Source: Azolla caroliniana (lineage: Eukaryota; Plantae; Polypodiophyta). Taken from it: a stretch of DNA of 64,000 nt. The stretch is from the NCBI GenBank assembly GCA_043228905.1, contig JBHGNT010000014.1, forward strand, positions 19,654,001 through 19,718,000. Direction: 5' to 3'. Below, in pieces: positions 61,275-64,000 of the stretch; the stretch's first letter is position 1; each line of letters opens with the position of its first letter. The notes under the pieces are model-generated. The model saw only the letters and a list, made by a program, of their open reading frames with translations, had not been told where the DNA came from and did not search any database. Position numbers and translations under genes: made by a program.

Positions 61275-62548
61275 AATGAGAACCATGGCTTGCCAACAAA
61301 TAGCAGTTGAGTTGACCGTCCTATAGTAGTAGTACTCGTCAGATAAGTTTGATTCAAGGAGTTCTCTTTCAACCACTGCAAGGGCTAGAATTCGAGGATT
61401 TCGAAATTGAATATAAGGATAAGCATCCACAATTCCCCAATCACCACCACCACCACTGGCAAACATTAAGATCATTTCACGAGATGTTATCATTTTTGTA
61501 GCCATCATCAATCACTTAATGCACTTAGATTCAAGGGTTTACATGTCTAACCTAACAAATCCTAACATCTACATATATATTAAATCCAAGAAGCGTACTT
61601 GAGATTGATGGAGATACTTTCTTGTTGATGTTGCAACATAGGAGCAATGTATCCATGTTTGTAAGGCTGAATAGGCATACAAAAGGAAATGTTGGCATTG
61701 TCATGATGAATTTCCACTTAAGATATGCAAATCACTTGAAATAACTAGTTTGGTTTTACTTATGAGCTTCTTATGCACATGAAATGATAAGATAAAGCGA
61801 CACAAGAGTGTGAATATTTCCAAAGCATTATGTTTGGTAAACTCGTGATTCCAACTCAACACTAAGTTTCTCGGAGAAACAAACAAAATTGTGGACAACA
61901 AGATGTGTTAAAGCCAATTTGAGATCTTATTAGAGAGAGAGAGAGAGAGAGCTCCTATCCTAATTTGATTGTAGAACTCAGCCATAGATGACAAGTTCGA
62001 TTCACAAAAACAACAAACAAACAAACAAGGAGAGAACATAAAAACAATTTGTAATGAAGAGTTTCTTATAATTAGTTAGTAATGAACACACCTGGTGACA
62101 TATTTCACAAATTGTATCTCCTTTCTCGTTACACCATCGTTGGATGCACTTTCGATGAGCATACTGCATCATGCACACGGAAGGATTGGTGAATTAGTAG
62201 AACATTTTAACCTTAAAAATAGAAGAGCATTCCATTTGTTGCACCATACACTTTAAACAAGGTTTTAATTCTAAAATGTAAGTTACTACATGTTTTACCA
62301 TAATTGGCTGAAACCCAAAGTCATTGGATATAAAAACTATGTGTTATGAAATTTATTATGTTATGTGCAAATCATATAGCATGTTTAGGATTCAGAAGAT
62401 GGCCTTATCACCATCATCCCCATCACAATGTCATGGAAAACAATGGCAAGTTTGTGATTCCATCAGCATCACCATTATCACCATAGGTCCATATAATTAT
62501 GATATGTATATCTATCTATCTCTGTATATATATATATATATGTATATA

Positions 62549-62593
<45 letters not shown>

Positions 62594-62880
62594 TGATGAA
62601 AGGAGGAGGAGCTTCAAGAGACTGATGATTAGCTCACCTTGAGAGTGCCAGAGCATGCACATGGAGCCTCCAAGTTTGAGATCTCTTCCTCTTCTTGGCA
62701 AATCCTACATTCGAATAATACCCCTTCATCGATTTCCAAGACGGAACAATCGGAAGACAAAGAATGTCGTTCAATTTTGGATCTAGGCTTACATTCTCTG
62801 AACCCATCTATTAAACACTCATGAACCTCCAAAGAGAGGTACTCAGGTTGCAAATCCATTAAACTGGTTGATATTTCCAT
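61275..62880 (-). CDS. RING-CH (RINGv, C4HC3) / DUF3675-type E3 ubiquitin ligase; exons 62638-62880, 62092-62163, 61599-61666, 61275-61455; downstream exons not found
   Basis: ECRICQEEE..NLEAPCACSGTLK / YAHRKCIQRWCNEKGDTICEICHQ / PYKHGYIAP / RNPRILALAVVERELLES; GT-AG boundaries keep the frame. Confidence 0.88.
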
Positions 62881-63479
62881 CTGGGCTCTTCAAAGTTCAG
62901 ATTCTTTGATTGCCTAATTGATTGATGAATGACTGATTGATTGATTAAATTTTTTATGAATGAATTATTGATGAAGAGGCAGGGTACCCTGTTTCTTGTT
63001 AGAGGAGAAGAAAAGTGACAACAAAGGGCATTGAAAGGCACCTCTCTTATATGGTGATAACAACTATATTAACTAAAATAATCATTAAATAAGGGGTGAT
63101 ACCACTACACTATAGCCATGGCATGGCCCTTGACCATTTTCAACCTTTTGTCCCAACCATACCATAACACTATGGTTTCCATATCATACATAATACTATG
63201 CTAATGGAATGGATAAGGACCATCTCATCTTTTGTGTGTGTGAGAGACATAGAGAGGGGGGGTTGTTTTACAATTTCTTCACAATTGTGGACTATGTGGG
63301 GTCTTCACATGTTCAATTCCCACTTGGCCACCCAAGCATTGATGACAATCTAATATTTTCAAACTCATTGAAAGTAGACATCTGGCACTTGAATGGAGCC
63401 TAATTGTTTGCCTCTTAGCCAGCTCCATTTTTGGTTAGGTTACATCATGGAATGAGACATGGTACTTTAAAAAAGTCTT

Positions 63480-64000
63480 TGGTTCAATGGAAACAACAAG
63501 CTAGACAATGTGGAAATTTTGGGCCCTCCTCTAGGAACGACTTTTTCCTCTCATGATGTTTACTTGGGGTACTACCCTTGGATCTATTGCTACAAAAACG
63601 AGAAATTGTGTATACCACACAGAAGGCGAATTCTTCCAATATTTACAATATAATTGAGTTTGACACTTGCTACAACAACGCAAAATTGTGTATCCACTTG
63701 TATACAATATACTTCTTCCATTATGTTGCCTATTGTCTACAATTACAATTTCTATTTTTCGGTTTTGGATGTTCCTTTAGCACTTTGGCATCCTACCAAG
63801 GGGCGTCAAAACATTTGTTGTCCATTTCTCATTTGGGCTCTTTCGGGGATATGGTCCATTAACAAACATTATATATACTTGCAACATCTCCCACATGTAA
63901 TATGAGGTAGTACTGAAAACTTTGTGCATGTACACACATGTATCTGTTGCCAGTGATTCCTTCATGGGGAATGATCTACCAAGCATATTATGTGTCAAAA
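63480..64000 (-). mobile_element. Possible decayed LINE 3' remnant
   Basis: Weak resemblance of the minus-strand translation to the zf-RVT/C-terminal region of the other LINEs. Confidence 0.25.

Overview
Eukaryotic, TE-dense plant nuclear DNA. The PLS-PPR remnant style, Tcn1-type chromovirus and Trp-primed non-chromoviral Gypsy family suggest a seed-free land plant, probably a fern (inference). Bases 1-25.9 kb are a deeply nested retroelement cluster. A very young non-autonomous LTR element (A, 2669-8341; LTRs differ at one base I could find; 4-bp TSD; tRNA-Trp PBS) carries one intact 1417-aa Gag-plus-repeat ORF and no pol. It sits in a sister element (B), which sits in a decayed pol-bearing Gypsy (C). 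Next come a self-priming Tcn1-like chromovirus, a further element with antisense ORFs (D) and an L1 LINE. Two host genes are recognisable: an intronless 725-aa subfamily-VIII bHLH (29516-31693) and four exons of a RING-CH/DUF3675-type E3 ligase (61275-62880, minus). The rest is LINE, Copia, Gypsy, PPR and MULE-like debris, microsatellites, and a 1.9-kb mini-LTR element (57058-58939) with tRNA-Arg-like primer sites at both inner LTR borders and no PPT. All calls come from reading the sequence by eye; no database searches were run.
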